Shown here piece after piece: positions 63,753 through 64,000 of a stretch of DNA of 64,000 nt. The notes under the pieces are model-generated. The model did no database searches, was not told the DNA's origin, and was given only the letters and a program-made list of their open reading frames with translations. Origin of the DNA: an uncultured delta proteobacterium (GTDB taxonomy: Bacteria; Desulfobacterota; Binatia; UBA9968); assembly GCA_963755715.1 (NCBI GenBank), contig CAVWLW010000044.1, positions 30,427 to 94,426 of the forward strand, in the 5' to 3' direction. Made by a program: the position numbers and the translations under genes. How positions within the stretch are numbered: position 1 is the first letter of the stretch; the number at the start of each line of letters is the position of its first letter.

Positions 63753-64000
63753 CACTCATATTCTACTCTATGCCCTCAGCGATGATTTGACGCCCCGCGA
63801 GAGCACGTTATTATCGAACGATACCTGGAGTATTTCGGGGATCGTACTTTGGGAAATTGCGAAGCTCTCTGAGTTGGGCCGCATTGAACTCGACCTCGAT
63901 GATTCGGAGTTGGCGCGAACATTGTCCAGAATCCAAACCTGGCCGCTTACGCTGGATATTTGCCGTGCCATCAACACGTTGGACTTCGACAGCGACCCTG
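63739..64000 (+). CDS. Type II toxin, VapC-like PIN domain (partial, runs off the window)
   Basis: ATG 63739 overlaps the antitoxin stop. Translation MLNLDTHILLYALSDDLTPRESTLLSNDTWSISGIVLWEIAKLSELGRIEL... matches the PIN N-terminus (LDTxILL, WEIA). Absent from the ORF track because no stop lies inside the window. Confidence 0.65.
   Translation, partial: MLNLDTHILLYALSDDLTPRESTLLSNDTWSISGIVLWEIAKLSELGRIELDLDDSELARTLSRIQTWPLTLDICRAINTLDFDSDP

Overview
This is a 64 kb high-GC (about 60%) bacterial chromosomal segment, gene-dense on both strands. I found no rRNA, tRNA or CRISPR. The content is mostly small-molecule catabolism and uptake. There are three NitT/TauT-type ABC importer operons and at least eight NMT1/SsuA-like substrate-binding protein (SBP) genes. 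There are four to five amidohydrolase-2 (ACMSD/LigW-like) paralogs, and a xi-class GST (glutathionyl-hydroquinone reductase). Other enzymes include an LLM flavin oxidoreductase, two HIBADH-like dehydrogenases, an RraA/LigK-like protein, a VOC dioxygenase-like protein, a 4-OT tautomerase, ALDH, a crotonase and two PuuE-like polysaccharide deacetylases. Housekeeping genes include gltB-gltD (glutamate synthase) with an Lrp/AsnC regulator directly upstream, a class A PBP, Hsp20, TerC, a PhoD-like Tat-secreted phosphatase and RidA. The most unusual part is an uncharacterised block at 38.9-43.9 kb. A lipoprotein gene and an 838-aa secreted protein gene lead an ABC importer operon that carries three tandem SBP genes. 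A divergent lipoprotein with a glycoside-hydrolase-like signature sits just upstream. At least seven conserved genes are interrupted by single-base frameshifts, one of them by two compensating shifts. This indicates either indel sequencing errors or ongoing pseudogenisation. I also see a promoter-associated motif recurring in three intergenic regions, several palindromic operator candidates, and an elaborate CACGAAG-repeat hairpin between convergent genes. A Phd/YefM-VapC toxin-antitoxin pair lies at the 3' edge next to scrambled remnants of a TPP-dependent enzyme. All calls rest on reading the translations and the DNA by eye. I could not run any database search.
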